Shown here piece after piece: positions 40,109 through 50,891 of a stretch of DNA of 64,000 nucleotides. The notes below the pieces were generated by a model, which was not told the origin of the DNA, did not search any database, and saw nothing but the letters and a program-made list of their open reading frames with translations. The stretch is taken from the NCBI GenBank assembly GCA_964230645.1, contig CAXRHT010000002.1:1152001-1216000 (forward strand), read 5' to 3'. Each line of letters starts with the position of its first letter. Position 1 is the first letter of the stretch. Both the position numbers and the translations under genes were made by a program. The stretch comes from Bdellovibrionales bacterium (GTDB lineage Bacteria; Bdellovibrionota; Bdellovibrionia; Bdellovibrionales; JAGQZY01).

Positions 40109-40663
40109 TTATTTTTTGCCGCGGTTGATTCTGCGGGATTCGTTTTGCATTTGACGAACACGCTTTTTCTTAGCTTTGGCTTTTTTCTCTCCTTGCTGCA
40201 TTTCGTATTGTTTCTTCTCTTCGAAAGTCATTTCTTTAATGACCTGCTTTTTCTTACCATCACGAGTTTTCACTTTAAAAGTTTGACCCTCAGTGGATTT
40301 GGCAGGATCATAATCAACGAATTCGATAAAAGCCATTGGAGCGCCGTCGTTTGGACGGTTACCCAATTTTAAAATACGAGTGTAACCACCGGGGCGCTCT
40401 TTAAAGCGAACCGATAGGTCAGAAACGATCTTAGAAACTGTTTTACGGTTAGGATACTTAGCCATAAGGTTTCTTGTCGCAGCGACGTCCCCTTTTCTTC
40501 CAGCCGTAATCGCTCTTTCAACATGACGTCGAAGTTCTTTGGCTTTTGGCAAAGTGGTTTTAATTCTCTCATGTTCTACAAGAGAAGATACAAGTCCACG
40601 AATTAGGGCCTTTCTGGCCTCTGGCGATCGGGAAAATCGTTTTACTTGCGCTCTATGTCTCAT
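40109..40663 (-). CDS. rplQ: 50S ribosomal protein L17 with basic C-terminal extension
   Basis: MRHR, IKTTLPKAKELR, RPGGYTRILK. Confidence 0.97.
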   Translation of the reverse strand: MRHRAQVKRFSRSPEARKALIRGLVSSLVEHERIKTTLPKAKELRRHVERAITAGRKGDVAATRNLMAKYPNRKTVSKIVSDLSVRFKERPGGYTRILKLGNRPNDGAPMAFIEFVDYDPAKSTEGQTFKVKTRDGKKKQVIKEMTFEEKKQYEMQQGEKKAKAKKKRVRQMQNESRRINRGKK

Positions 40664-40703
40664 TTCTAAGCTCCTCTATTACTTCCGCTCTCAATTTCTA
40701 GTT

Positions 40704-41795
40704 CTACTGGTGGTCCCCAGCTGAGCCCATTCCACCAGACGTGTCTTCTTCTGTCGCTGTTTGACGAACAGGAGTGGCATTTGGGTCCCAATTGGGTGGT
40801 GGCCAACCTTCGATTTTCATTCCAAGGCCAAGGCCCATCTCGGTAAGGATCTCTTTGATTTCGTTAAGAGACTTACGACCAAAATTCTTTGTTTTAAGCA
40901 TTTCTGCCTCAGAGCGAACAACCAACTCACCAATGTGGCGAATGTTAGCGTTTTTCAAGCAGTTCGCACTACGAACAGAAAGTTCAAGATCATCAACCGA
41001 ACGGAAAAGGTTTTCGTTCAACTGAGTGTTTTGTTTTTCAGGTTTTTCTTCAACAGGAGCGACATCTTCATCAAAGTTGATGAAAACTTGCATTTGCTCT
41101 TTCATGATTTTAGCAGAAAGGGCCACTGACTCTTCAGGGCGAACGGAACCATCCGTCCACACTTCAAGGCTCAAGGCATCGTAGTCTGTTCTTTGACCCA
41201 CACGAGCGTTAGAAACGTTGTAGTTTACGCGAGTGATAGGAGAGTAAAGAGCGTCCATAGCGATGGTTCCAACTCCAAGAACGTCTTTTTCTTGCTCTTC
41301 AGCAGGAACGTAACCACGACCAAAAGTCACTTGGATTTGAGCCACGAAGTTGGCGTTGTCACCAAGAGTGGCGATGTGGTGATCTTTGTTTAGAACCTGA
41401 ATTTTATCGTTTGTTTGAATATCACCAGCAGTCACTTTTCCAGGGCCGTTTTTGCTGATGGTTAAAGTTTGTGGTTCGGCCGTGTGCTGCGTGAAACGCA
41501 CTTCTTTGAGATTGAGGATGATGTCTGTTACATCTTCAATCACGTCGGCCATGGTAGAGAACTCATGAAGAACGTTCTCGATTTTTACAGCAGAAACCGC
41601 TGAACCCATCATTGAACTCAAAAGAACTCGTCTCATGGAGTTACCAAGAGTGATCCCGTAACCTTTTTCGAGAGGACGGATAGAGAATTTTCCGTATCGG
41701 CCTGTCAAAGAGTCACGATCAATTTCGAAAGACTTTGGTTTAATGAGGTCGTGCCAAAATTTATAATAGTGTTCTTGCATTTGCATCCGGGGCAT
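40704..41795 (-). CDS. rpoA: RNA polymerase alpha subunit
   Basis: [30 protein letters not shown]. Confidence 0.98.
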   Translation of the reverse strand: MPRMQMQEHYYKFWHDLIKPKSFEIDRDSLTGRYGKFSIRPLEKGYGITLGNSMRRVLLSSMMGSAVSAVKIENVLHEFSTMADVIEDVTDIILNLKEVRFTQHTAEPQTLTISKNGPGKVTAGDIQTNDKIQVLNKDHHIATLGDNANFVAQIQVTFGRGYVPAEEQEKDVLGVGTIAMDALYSPITRVNYNVSNARVGQRTDYDALSLEVWTDGSVRPEESVALSAKIMKEQMQVFINFDEDVAPVEEKPEKQNTQLNENLFRSVDDLELSVRSANCLKNANIRHIGELVVRSEAEMLKTKNFGRKSLNEIKEILTEMGLGLGMKIEGWPPPNWDPNATPVRQTATEEDTSGGMGSAGDHQ

Positions 41796-41809
41796 CTCCT
41801 ACCAGTTAA

Positions 41810-42214
41810 TTAGATTCTACGTCTTTTAGGGGGGCGGCAACCATTGTGAGGAACCGGAGTTACATCACGCATAGAAGTTACTTTCATTCCCGCATTCGCA
41901 AGGGCACGGATGGCTGGCTCACGCCCGGCACCGGGTCCTTTGAGTAACACGTCCACTGAGCGAACACCCATTTCAGCCGCTTTTTTGGCAGCGTCTTCGG
42001 CTGTCATTTGAGCAGCAAATGGAGTCCCACGACGGCTTCCTTTGAAACCAACCGCTCCAGCACTGGACCAGCAAAGTGTGTTTCCACTTGGGTCGGCGAT
42101 GGTTACGATCGTGTTACCGAATCCAGCTTGAACTAAACATTTTCCCGCTGGAACATTCTTTTTAACTTTTTTCTTTGTAGCTTTTTTAGCAACTTTTTTC
42201 TTGGCCATATTCAT
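41810..42214 (-). CDS. rpsK: 30S ribosomal protein S11
   Basis: [26 protein letters not shown]. Confidence 0.98.
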   Translation of the reverse strand: MNMAKKKVAKKATKKKVKKNVPAGKCLVQAGFGNTIVTIADPSGNTLCWSSAGAVGFKGSRRGTPFAAQMTAEDAAKKAAEMGVRSVDVLLKGPGAGREPAIRALANAGMKVTSMRDVTPVPHNGCRPPKRRRI

Positions 42215-42221
42215 TCACTCC

Positions 42222-42596
42222 TTAAACAGCCTTTTTCTTATTGGCGACTGTTTTCTTAGGCCCCTTACGAGTACGAGCATTTTGTTTTGAAGACTGTCCA
42301 CGCACCGGAAGACCTTTACGATGACGAAGACCACGGTAACAACCAAGATCCATTAATCGCTTGATAGACATGGAAACTTCACGACGAAGATCCCCTTCCA
42401 CTTTGTAGTTATCACTGATCATGTCACGAAGTTTTGCCACGTCGGCATCTGTGAGTTCATGAGTTCTTTTGCTTGGCTCATAACCCATCATTTTAACGAG
42501 ATCTTTAGCCCTTTTAGGACCGATTCCGTAGATGTAGGTGAGCGAAACTTCGAGTCTTTTATTGTTGGGAATATCAACACCGGAAATACGAGCCAT
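42222..42596 (-). CDS. rpsM: 30S ribosomal protein S13
   Basis: [22 protein letters not shown]. Confidence 0.98.
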   Translation of the reverse strand: MARISGVDIPNNKRLEVSLTYIYGIGPKRAKDLVKMMGYEPSKRTHELTDADVAKLRDMISDNYKVEGDLRREVSMSIKRLMDLGCYRGLRHRKGLPVRGQSSKQNARTRKGPKKTVANKKKAV

Positions 42597-42709
42597 TATC
42601 CTTGCCTTTGCTTGTGTTTAGGGTTGTTACAGATCACACGAACAATTCCTTTTCGCTTGATTACCTTGCAGTCTTTGCACATAGGTTTAACGGATGCGCG
42701 AACTTTCAT
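42596..42709 (-). CDS. rpmJ: 50S ribosomal protein L36 (below ORF-track size cutoff)
   Basis: Manual translation [42 protein letters not shown] overlap with rpsM. Confidence 0.97.
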   Translation of the reverse strand: MKVRASVKPMCKDCKVIKRKGIVRVICNNPKHKQRQG

Positions 42710-42980
42710 TTTCTACCTCTTCAAATCTATAAATATCTGATTTTAATCACTTTTTTAAAACTTTCTCGGCTTCAAAAAAGGCCAAAAAACTGATTAAAAT
42801 CAACTCTTTATACCCAATGGACCGCAAAACTTAACACCCTGAGAGGTCTCTCGTCCAGCAATAAATCCAATATTTTTTAAATTTTCAGCACATTTTTGAG
42901 AGCCCTTTCAGAGACCTTTTTGAGGCCACAGACTAAGGGTAATCCTTTCAAAATTGTGTGAAGGCTTCCTAGCCAGATTG

Positions 42981-43011
42981 AAAAGAGGACTCTCCTTCGT
43001 GAGAGGCTCTT
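42981..43011 (-). terminator. Probable intrinsic terminator after adk
   Basis: Imperfect AGAGCCTCTC/GAGAGTCCTCT stem plus TTTT. Confidence 0.55.
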
Positions 43012-43023
43012 ATTTTGAGCTCA

Positions 43024-43665
43024 CTACTTCAAATAGGGCTCGAAACGGGTGAAAACCTCTTTGGGGTCTCCCAATCCGTTGATTTCGACAAATAAATTCT
43101 TTTTCTGATAGTAATCTTTTAAGGGCTCGGTGTTCTGAGCGTAAGCTTCAAGTCTTGTGGAAATGACATCTTCTGAGTCATCTTTTCTCTGGTAAATCTC
43201 GCCACCACATTTATCGCACTCCCCGTCTTTTTGAGGCGGGTTGGCTGTCACATGGTAAACGGCTCCGCACTCTTTACAAAGTCTGCGACCCGTCAGGCGC
43301 TTAACGAGGATCTCTTTCGGAACTTCCAAGAAGATCGCCTTGGTAATGGGCCTTGCGTTTACTTCTTTAATAAGCTGCTCAAGAGCTTCGGCTTGATTTG
43401 TGGTTCTTGGAAAACCATCAAAAATAAAGTCGGCATCCTTATTGGATTCAATCACCTCTTTGACAAGACCAATGGTGACACTGTCTGGAACAAGATTTCC
43501 AGAGTCGACATAGGACTTAGCTTCAAGACCCAGAGGTGTTTGATTTTTCATGGCGTTTCTAAACAGGTCACCAGTGCTAATGTGTTTGTAACTGGTTTCC
43601 TCGACCATTTTTGTAGCTTGGGTCCCTTTCCCAGCTCCGGGAGGACCAAAAAGAACGATACTCAA
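43024..43665 (-). CDS. adk: Adenylate kinase (Zn-lid)
   Basis: GPPGAGKGTQA, DGFPRT, CxxC..CxxC lid. Confidence 0.97.
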   Translation of the reverse strand: MSIVLFGPPGAGKGTQATKMVEETSYKHISTGDLFRNAMKNQTPLGLEAKSYVDSGNLVPDSVTIGLVKEVIESNKDADFIFDGFPRTTNQAEALEQLIKEVNARPITKAIFLEVPKEILVKRLTGRRLCKECGAVYHVTANPPQKDGECDKCGGEIYQRKDDSEDVISTRLEAYAQNTEPLKDYYQKKNLFVEINGLGDPKEVFTRFEPYLK

Positions 43666-45002
43666 AATTGAACTCTCTTTTTACGGGGACGACGTTGGGC
43701 TTTGATAATGGCTTCGTACCGGTAGCTGTTTACCTTTTCAATCATTTGAATCGCAACACCCACAAGGATCAGAAGGCTGGTTCCACCGAAGTAAAAGGGA
43801 ACATTGAGTCTAGCAATCAAAAGGGTTGGTAAAATACACACAGCACTGAGGTAAATGGCTCCGGCCACATTCACACGCTCCATCACTTTGGAGATGTAAT
43901 TGGCCGTACTTTTACCAGCACGAATTCCGGGAATAAATTTTCCAGACTTTTTCAAGTTGTCTGCGATCTCCTGAGGAGGGAAGACAATTTCTGTGTAGAA
44001 AAAGCAGAAGAAAACAATAAGTGCGATAAATAAAATATTATAGAGACCACCACCTGTTGGGCTTAAGGGGTTCATATAGTCTTGAAGAACTTGAACCCAA
44101 GCCGCATCAGAGAAGCTTGAAATGGTTGCAGGCATCATAAGAATGGAGCTTGCAAAAATAGGAGGAATCACACCTGATGGATTCACTTTAATTGGAAAAT
44201 AACTTCCCATCATCTGACCTTTTCCACCACCCTTCTGGGAGACGTGGATGGGAAGACGACGCTGGGAGACTTCCATAAAAATAATGAAGGCGACCACTGC
44301 GACCATGAAAGCTAGAAGCATCAGGGCAACAAGACCGTTGATTTGATTATTTGAAACAAGGGTATAAAGCCCCATGGCACCACTTGGAATACCTGCAGCG
44401 ATCCCCGCATAAATGATTAAACTGGCCCCTTCACCGATTCCAAATTCTGAAATCTGCTCACCAAGCCACATGATAAAACATGTACCTGCAACAAGGGTGA
44501 TGATCGTCATCACCTGAAAAGGAATGGCTCCCACTTGCGGGTAATAAAGAGCTTCACCAGAAGGACCACTTTGTCCCATAAGCCAGCTTGAAATGGCATA
44601 ACCTTGGACTGTGGCAAGAACCACTGTGGACCAACGCGTGTATTGAGTGATTTTTTTCTGACCGGACTGGCCCTCTTTTTTGAGTTGCTCTAAGTAAGGA
44701 ATTGTAGCGGTAAGAAGCTGGAAAATGATCGATGCTGAAATGTAAGGCATGATCCCGAGAGCAAAAACACTAAATTGGTTTAAGGCTCCACCGGTAAAGG
44801 TATTGAATAATCCAAAAAGTCCGCCCTGACCTTCAAAGAAGGACTGAACCACATCACCATTGATACCTGGAGTGGGCACGTGAACCCCCAACCGGTAAAT
44901 TAACAGACAAAATAATGTGAATAGTAAGCGTCTACGGAGGTCTTCGTTTTGCAGAAGACCTTCTGCTGACCCCATCTGTGCGTTTGATGATGCTGTTGCC
45001 AC
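43662..45002 (-). CDS. secY: Preprotein translocase SecY
   Basis: LGIMPYISASII, WLGEQI, IPGIRAG, GGTSLLI. Confidence 0.98.
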   Translation of the reverse strand: MATASSNAQMGSAEGLLQNEDLRRRLLFTLFCLLIYRLGVHVPTPGINGDVVQSFFEGQGGLFGLFNTFTGGALNQFSVFALGIMPYISASIIFQLLTATIPYLEQLKKEGQSGQKKITQYTRWSTVVLATVQGYAISSWLMGQSGPSGEALYYPQVGAIPFQVMTIITLVAGTCFIMWLGEQISEFGIGEGASLIIYAGIAAGIPSGAMGLYTLVSNNQINGLVALMLLAFMVAVVAFIIFMEVSQRRLPIHVSQKGGGKGQMMGSYFPIKVNPSGVIPPIFASSILMMPATISSFSDAAWVQVLQDYMNPLSPTGGGLYNILFIALIVFFCFFYTEIVFPPQEIADNLKKSGKFIPGIRAGKSTANYISKVMERVNVAGAIYLSAVCILPTLLIARLNVPFYFGGTSLLILVGVAIQMIEKVNSYRYEAIIKAQRRPRKKRVQF

Positions 45003-45130
45003 TAGTGCCCTTCCAAGTTAGCTATTTTCAATGATGCTAGCACAACTGAATCTGAGTCTTTTTATAGCTGTGCTTTTTGAAGCACCTTGAAAAACCCCTA
45101 TTTCCGAGTGCTCAGCCGTTTGGTCATCAA

Positions 45131-45568
45131 TTAGATGACTTCAGCTGTTCCACCTGCTTTTTCAATCTCTGCTTTTGCTGACTCACTAAATTTGTGGGCT
45201 TTTACGGTCAAAGACTTCTCAAGTTTTCCTTTAGCTAAAACTTTAAGCTTTTCCGTTTTTTTCATGTAACCCTTTTCAACGAGGGTCTCTGGAGTCACAT
45301 CCCCATCATACTTATTAAGATCAGCGAGATTGATGATAACATAGTTGTTTTTAAAATCTGTATTTTTAAAACCGAATTTAGGAAGGCGTCTTTGAAGGGG
45401 CATTTGTCCACCCTCAAACCCCCAGCGGATTTTACCACCGGATCTGGCTTTTTGACCTTTGTGGCCTTTCCCAGCGGTTCCGCCCCAGTTGGACCCATCA
45501 CCGCGACCGACTCTCTTTTTCTTGTGCGTTGCGCCTTTGTTGGGCGCCAATTCAGATAACAAACTCAT
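45131..45568 (-). CDS. rplO: 50S ribosomal protein L15
   Basis: [26 protein letters not shown]. Confidence 0.98.
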   Translation of the reverse strand: MSLLSELAPNKGATHKKKRVGRGDGSNWGGTAGKGHKGQKARSGGKIRWGFEGGQMPLQRRLPKFGFKNTDFKNNYVIINLADLNKYDGDVTPETLVEKGYMKKTEKLKVLAKGKLEKSLTVKAHKFSESAKAEIEKAGGTAEVI

Positions 45569-45569
45569 T

Positions 45570-45755
45570 TTACTTCTCCACTTTTACATCGAGTAGGTGT
45601 TGAACTTTTAAGATTTGTCCACGAGTGGCTGGACTGTCAGCAACAACGACTTCAGACTCACGTTTTCTTAGGCCAAGACAACGTACTGTATCTTTTTGAG
45701 TCTGAGTACTTCCGATTAAACTTCTTTTTAATTTCACTCTAAATTGCTTAGCCAT
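45570..45755 (-). CDS. rpmD: 50S ribosomal protein L30
   Basis: RSLIG..LGLRK; position between rpsE and rplO. Confidence 0.95.
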   Translation of the reverse strand: MAKQFRVKLKRSLIGSTQTQKDTVRCLGLRKRESEVVVADSPATRGQILKVQHLLDVKVEK

Positions 45756-45778
45756 TTTCTTATTCCTTCAACGTTTAC

Positions 45779-46243
45779 TTATTTATAAGTTGATACAAAC
45801 TCTTTTCCTTGGAGCTGAGTCAATCCATTCAGTGTGGCTCTAAGAGCGTTATTAGGATTTCGAGTTCCTACACACTTGGTTAAGATATCTTTTACTCCAA
45901 CAGACTCAAGGATCGCACGAACAGGTCCACCCGCGATAACTCCTGTACCAGGGGCTGCCGGTCTCATGATCACTCGAGCCGCTCCGAACTCACCCACAAC
46001 TTCGTGAGCGATTGTTCTTCCCTCAACAAGGGGAAGATCAACAAAATGCTTTTTTGCTGAACGTGATGCTTTACCGATGGCTTCGGGAACCTCACCGGCT
46101 TTACCCATTCCAAATCCAACACTTCCGTGTCCATTTCCAACCACCACTAGGGCAGAGAAAGAAAATCGACGACCACCTTTTACCACTTTGGCCACACGTC
46201 GGATTGAAACAACTCTTTCTTCGTATTCTGGCATTTCTTGCAT
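45779..46243 (-). CDS. rpsE: 30S ribosomal protein S5
   Basis: [26 protein letters not shown]; start MQEMPE. Confidence 0.97.
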   Translation of the reverse strand: MQEMPEYEERVVSIRRVAKVVKGGRRFSFSALVVVGNGHGSVGFGMGKAGEVPEAIGKASRSAKKHFVDLPLVEGRTIAHEVVGEFGAARVIMRPAAPGTGVIAGGPVRAILESVGVKDILTKCVGTRNPNNALRATLNGLTQLQGKEFVSTYK

Positions 46244-46253
46244 CAAATTCTCC

Positions 46254-46622
46254 CTAAACCTGTAGGCCCGCTTCGCGAGCGCCTTCAGCCACTGACTTAA
46301 TTCTTCCATGGTAAATGTAACCACTTCTATCAAAGACAGCTTTGTTGATATTCTTTTCTTTAGCTCTTTCAGCAATAAGCTTACCGATTTCTTTTGCCGC
46401 TTCACAACCTCGAGTCTTCATTTTGTCTTGAAGAGTGGAAGCGCTTGCAAGTGTCTCACCCGTTACATCGTCGATCATTTGAGCGTAGATGTTTTTAGTG
46501 CTTTTATAGACACAAAGTCTTGGACGAACTTCATCACCCCAAACTTTCTTTCTAAGCTTTAATCTCTTTTTAGTACGAAGCTTTAAACGATTGCTCCATT
46601 TTCTTTTTATTGTTGCTCGCAT
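46254..46622 (-). CDS. rplR: 50S ribosomal protein L18
   Basis: [18 protein letters not shown]. Confidence 0.97.
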   Translation of the reverse strand: MRATIKRKWSNRLKLRTKKRLKLRKKVWGDEVRPRLCVYKSTKNIYAQMIDDVTGETLASASTLQDKMKTRGCEAAKEIGKLIAERAKEKNINKAVFDRSGYIYHGRIKSVAEGAREAGLQV

Positions 46623-46639
46623 TTTTAACCTCTTAAGCT

Positions 46640-47182
46640 CTACTTACCAGCTGATTTTCCTTCCTTACGGCGGATTTTTTCGTCGGAGTAACGAATTCCC
46701 TTACCGAGGAAAGGCTCTGGTGGACGATAATTTCTAATTTTAGCGGCGACTTGCCCTACCTGCTCTTTACTAGCTCCAGTAATATGAACAGTAGTTTGTT
46801 TTTCAACCTTAACTTCAATCCCTTCAGGAATAGGGAAATTAACCGGGTGAGAAAAACCAATGGAAAGTTCCAAATTTTTTCCAGAAACAGAAGATCTGTA
46901 CCCAACACCGTTGAGGATCAAAGTTTTTGTAAAACCTTCTGAGACTCCAGTAACAGCATTTTGAACGAGCGAACGATAAAGTCCATGGAGAGCTCGACCT
47001 TTTGGAGTTTCTTCGAGTCTTTCAATGACGACTTTGTTCCCATCAACTGTTGCTTTCACTTGAGGAAGCATTTTTACAGTTTGCGTACTTTTACCACCCT
47101 TAACGATAACTTCGTTTTCAGGAGTAACAGTCACATTGACCTTACTATCGAATTCCACAGGATATTTACCAATTCGCGACAT
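46640..47182 (-). CDS. rplF: 50S ribosomal protein L6
   Basis: MSRIGK, RPPEP..GKGIRY. Confidence 0.98.
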   Translation of the reverse strand: MSRIGKYPVEFDSKVNVTVTPENEVIVKGGKSTQTVKMLPQVKATVDGNKVVIERLEETPKGRALHGLYRSLVQNAVTGVSEGFTKTLILNGVGYRSSVSGKNLELSIGFSHPVNFPIPEGIEVKVEKQTTVHITGASKEQVGQVAAKIRNYRPPEPFLGKGIRYSDEKIRRKEGKSAGK

Positions 47183-47189
47183 ATCTCAC

Positions 47190-47579
47190 CTACCAAACAA
47201 CACAGAGTATCTCGCCACCAACATTTTGTTCTTTGGCTTGGCCAGCACTCAAAATTCCATTACTTGTACTTAAAATTGCAAGTCCATATCCCGCACGAAT
47301 GTTTGGAACATCAGACGCCTTCACATACTGACGACGGCTGGGCTTGCTGTATCTTTTCATTCTAGAAATGGCTGGTTTACCTTCGTCATTGTACTTAAGG
47401 TAAACACGCATCATTCCCTGCTTGCTATCTTTAACTGTTTTAAAATTACTGATGTAATTTTGCTCTTTCAAAACCTTGGCGATCCCTTGTCTCATGTTGG
47501 AAGCGGGAACATCCACCTTTTCGTGGCGGGCGCCGTGGGCATTTCTAATTCTTGTGAGAAAATCTCCAATAGTATCCAC
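47190..47579 (-). CDS. rpsH: 30S ribosomal protein S8
   Basis: DFLTRIRNA, SKPSRR, GGEILC. Confidence 0.98.
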   Translation of the reverse strand: MDTIGDFLTRIRNAHGARHEKVDVPASNMRQGIAKVLKEQNYISNFKTVKDSKQGMMRVYLKYNDEGKPAISRMKRYSKPSRRQYVKASDVPNIRAGYGLAILSTSNGILSAGQAKEQNVGGEILCVVW

Positions 47580-47590
47580 GATTCTACTCC

Positions 47591-47776
47591 TTACCAGCTC
47601 GACTTTGTTACACCGGGAATCATACCTTTCCCAGCTAGATCACGAAAACAGATACGACACATTTGAAACTTGCGCATATATCCACGAGGTCGTCCGCAAC
47701 ATCTACAGCGGTTGACTTGTCTCACTTTGAACTTTGGCTTTCTCTGAGCCTTTACGATCATTGCTAATCGAGCCAT
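47591..47776 (-). CDS. rpsN: 30S ribosomal protein S14, Zn-binding type Z
   Basis: RC..CGRPR..CRICFR, 61 aa. Confidence 0.97.
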   Translation of the reverse strand: MARLAMIVKAQRKPKFKVRQVNRCRCCGRPRGYMRKFQMCRICFRDLAGKGMIPGVTKSSW

Positions 47777-47788
47777 AAAATAATTCTC

Positions 47789-48328
47789 CTACTTCCTGAA
47801 AGGAAAACCGAAACCATCTAGTAAGGCCTTCCCCTGTGCATCGTCTTTTGCTGTCGTACAAATCGTGATGTTCATTCCACGAACTTTATCGACTTTGTCA
47901 TAGTTAATCTCTGGAAAAACAATTTGCTCTTTTAAGCCCATATTGTAGTTCCCGCGTCCATCAAAACCTTTAGGAGGCATTCCTCTGAAGTCTCTTACAC
48001 GTGGTAAAGAAACAGAGATTAAGCGGTCAAGAAAAGCCCACATTCTCTCTCTTCTTAAAGTAACAGTCACTCCAAGTGGCATCCCTTCACGAAGTTTCCA
48101 GTTCGCAAGAGATTTTTTGGCTTTAGTGATCACCGCTTTTTGTCCAGTGATTGTTGTAATTTCGTCAGCCGCTGTGTTTAAAACTTTTGAGTTTTGAACA
48201 GCATCGGGAAGACAGCTACTCACAACAATCTTTGTGATCCGAGGGACTTCCATTGAATTCTTCAACCCCAAGGATTTTTTTAATCCTGGGCCTACATCTT
48301 TCTGATATTTTTCTTGTAAACGGTTCAC
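47789..48328 (-). CDS. rplE: 50S ribosomal protein L5
   Basis: [21 protein letters not shown]. Confidence 0.98.
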   Translation of the reverse strand: MNRLQEKYQKDVGPGLKKSLGLKNSMEVPRITKIVVSSCLPDAVQNSKVLNTAADEITTITGQKAVITKAKKSLANWKLREGMPLGVTVTLRRERMWAFLDRLISVSLPRVRDFRGMPPKGFDGRGNYNMGLKEQIVFPEINYDKVDKVRGMNITICTTAKDDAQGKALLDGFGFPFRK

Positions 48329-48344
48329 TTTACACCTCTTCCAA

Positions 48345-48713
48345 TTACAACACTTCGGGAGCGAGCGAGATAATTTTCACAAACGATCTTGCACGCAACT
48401 CTCTAGCCACGGGTCCAAAGATACGAGTTCCAACGGGCTCTTTATTTTGGTTTACTAATACGGCAGCGTTATCATCAAAACGGATATAAGATCCATCGGG
48501 ACGTCGAATCTGCTTTTTCGTTCTCACGATCACAGCTTTAGCCACTTCCCCTTTTTTTACTTTAGAGGTTGGTAGAGCTGATTTCACAGAAACCACAACG
48601 ATGTCTCCAACAGAGGCCGTTCTTCTTTTTGAGCCACCAATTACTTTAATACACTGAACTTCTTTAGCGCCTGAATTATCAGCCACTCTCATTCGCGATT
48701 GCATTTGGATCAT
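48345..48713 (-). CDS. rplN: 50S ribosomal protein L14
   Basis: ADNSGAK, FDDNA, SLAPEVL. Confidence 0.98.
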   Translation of the reverse strand: MIQMQSRMRVADNSGAKEVQCIKVIGGSKRRTASVGDIVVVSVKSALPTSKVKKGEVAKAVIVRTKKQIRRPDGSYIRFDDNAAVLVNQNKEPVGTRIFGPVARELRARSFVKIISLAPEVL

Positions 48714-48988
48714 TGCACTTCTCCTAATCTTGAAGTCTCAACAACTTCAGCGAGCTTCCAGCGCTTTGTTTTACTAAGAGCTCTTGATTCAACGATTCTC
48801 ACAGTATCGCCAATCTTGGCTTCATTTTTCTCGTCATGGGCTTTGAACACAGATGTTCTACGCACATATTTTCCATATTTTTTGTGCTTAACAACACGGT
48901 AAACCTGAACTTTCAGAGTCTTATCCATTTTGTCGCTGATCACTTGGCCTGTGACTTCATTTCTTCTACCACGTGTGGATTCAGTCAT
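48710..48988 (-). CDS. rpsQ: 30S ribosomal protein S17
   Basis: SDKMDKT, AHDE, LSKTKRW. Confidence 0.97.
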   Translation of the reverse strand: MTESTRGRRNEVTGQVISDKMDKTLKVQVYRVVKHKKYGKYVRRTSVFKAHDEKNEAKIGDTVRIVESRALSKTKRWKLAEVVETSRLGEVQ

Positions 48989-48996
48989 TTTCTACC

Positions 48997-49194
48997 TCAA
49001 TTACCCTGTTTAGTGTTCATGGTTAAAGCCGTTCGTAATTGAGCGTTTTCTCTTCTCATGTCACGAATGGAAATAGGGTTTGTTAATTGCCCCATGGCAT
49101 TTTTCATTTTTGCTTCGAACATCTTTTGTTTGTTGTCGCGAATTCTTTTGTGAAGCTCAACAGCACTTAAATTTTTTATATCCTCAAACTTCAT
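48997..49194 (-). CDS. rpmC: 50S ribosomal protein L29
   Basis: Size, GQLTNP, position between rplP and rpsQ. Confidence 0.93.
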   Translation of the reverse strand: MKFEDIKNLSAVELHKRIRDNKQKMFEAKMKNAMGQLTNPISIRDMRRENAQLRTALTMNTKQGN

Positions 49195-49196
49195 TT

Positions 49197-49613
49197 TTAA
49201 ACCTCAACTTCTCTCGAGACAAATTTTGTCTTAAACGGCATTTTAGAACCGGCAAGACGGAAAGCCTCTTGTGCTTGTTCTTTTGTTACACCATTGATCT
49301 CAAAAAGGACTTGTCCTGGACGAACCACAGCGGCCCAGTACTCAGGGCTTCCTTTACCTTTACCCATTCGAACCTCAGCTGGCTTTTTAGAAATGGGCTT
49401 GTGAGGGAAAACGCGGATCCATACTTTTCCGCCCCTTTTCACGCTACGGCTAATGGCAATACGAGCGGACTCAATCTGACGAGATGTCATCCAGGCATCA
49501 CCCATAGCTTGCAGTCCGTAATCACCAAAAGCGACAGAACTACCGCGGTTAGCAAAACCTTTACGACGACCTTTATGCTGTCTTCTCCATTTGACTCTCT
49601 TAGGACTTAACAC
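49197..49613 (-). CDS. rplP: 50S ribosomal protein L16
   Basis: GTG start LSPKR, RMGKGKG. Confidence 0.97.
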   Translation of the reverse strand: MLSPKRVKWRRQHKGRRKGFANRGSSVAFGDYGLQAMGDAWMTSRQIESARIAISRSVKRGGKVWIRVFPHKPISKKPAEVRMGKGKGSPEYWAAVVRPGQVLFEINGVTKEQAQEAFRLAGSKMPFKTKFVSREVEV

Positions 49614-50265
49614 GGCCTGCCTCCTCAACTTCTTTTTGGGAAAGAACGTCACCTTTGTAGATCCAAACTTTTAGTCCGATGATCCCGTAAGTGGTTTCCG
49701 CTTCTGCTGTACCATAATCAATATCAGCTCTTAGCGTGTGAAGAGGAACTGACTTCTCGTTGTACCACTCGGTACGTGCGATCTCAGCTCCATCAAGGCG
49801 TCCAGAAACCTGAACTTTTACCCCACGAACTCCGCCACGAATGGCTGAAGCGATGGCTTTCTTAAGAGCTCTTCTCCAAGAAATACGCTTTTCCAACTGA
49901 ATGGCGATGTTTTGGGCCACGAGTTGAGCATCCACATCCGGCTTTCTTACTTCCTGGATGTTTACGCGTACTTCGTTGGGAGTCATTTTTTGAAGCTCAT
50001 CTCTGAGAGCATCAATTCCAGCACCCTTTTTCCCGATAACGACACCAGGACGAGCTGTAGAGATAATGACCTTGAGCTTATTGGCGGCTCTTTCCATTTC
50101 GATTTTTGCCACACCCGCATGCTTAAGTTTGCCCATGAGGTGCTTTCTAAGTTTTACGTCTTCATGAAGTTGATCGGCGTAGAGATTCCCTTCGGCGAAC
50201 CAACGGCTCTCCCAGGTTCTGATAACTCCAACTCTTAAACTGATAGGATTAACCTTCTGACCCAT
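49600..50265 (-). CDS. rpsC: 30S ribosomal protein S3
   Basis: [18 protein letters not shown]. Confidence 0.98.
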   Translation of the reverse strand: MGQKVNPISLRVGVIRTWESRWFAEGNLYADQLHEDVKLRKHLMGKLKHAGVAKIEMERAANKLKVIISTARPGVVIGKKGAGIDALRDELQKMTPNEVRVNIQEVRKPDVDAQLVAQNIAIQLEKRISWRRALKKAIASAIRGGVRGVKVQVSGRLDGAEIARTEWYNEKSVPLHTLRADIDYGTAEAETTYGIIGLKVWIYKGDVLSQKEVEEAGRVKS

Positions 50266-50270
50266 GAATA

Positions 50271-50603
50271 CTACCTTTCATCCAATACTAAACTTATGTG
50301 ACTCGACTTCTTTTTAATAACAAAGGCACGACCTTGAGCGCGTGGTTGATAGCGCTTCATAAAAGGGCCTTTATCAATCATGATCTCTTTGATGTAGAGA
50401 TTATCAATATCGATCACTTCTTTTTGGTCCGCATTGGCTACAGCCGACTCAACCAATTTCTTAATAATCATTGATGGTTTCTTGTTATCGTAGGTCAACA
50501 TACGGATGGCTTCGTTAACCATCTTTCCACGAACCATATCGGCTACGATTCGGGCTTTCTGATCACCTACTTTTGCAAATTTAACACTCGCTTTAACTTC
50601 CAT
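50271..50603 (-). CDS. rplV: 50S ribosomal protein L22
   Basis: SAVANA, PRAQGRA. Confidence 0.97.
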   Translation of the reverse strand: MEVKASVKFAKVGDQKARIVADMVRGKMVNEAIRMLTYDNKKPSMIIKKLVESAVANADQKEVIDIDNLYIKEIMIDKGPFMKRYQPRAQGRAFVIKKKSSHISLVLDER

Positions 50604-50610
50604 GACTTAC

Positions 50611-50880
50611 CTACTTCTTTTTCTTCTCTGCGTGACCGTGGAAAGTTCTTGTGTTGGCGAACTCTCCCAGTTTGTGTCCGATCATGTTTTCGTTAACAAA
50701 AACAGGAACAAATTTTCTTCCGTTATGTACAGCAAGAGTCAGTCCGATCATCTCTGGTAAGATTGTCGAACGACGTGACCAAGTTTTAATTGCTTTTTTG
50801 TCTCCGCCTTCCGTTGCGTTAACCACTTTCTTCATCAAGTGATCGTCAACAAAAGGTCCTTTTTTCATAGAGCGTGCCAC
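50611..50880 (-). CDS. rpsS: 30S ribosomal protein S19
   Basis: [16 protein letters not shown]. Confidence 0.98.
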   Translation of the reverse strand: MARSMKKGPFVDDHLMKKVVNATEGGDKKAIKTWSRRSTILPEMIGLTLAVHNGRKFVPVFVNENMIGHKLGEFANTRTFHGHAEKKKK

Positions 50881-50891
50881 GTGCTATCTCC

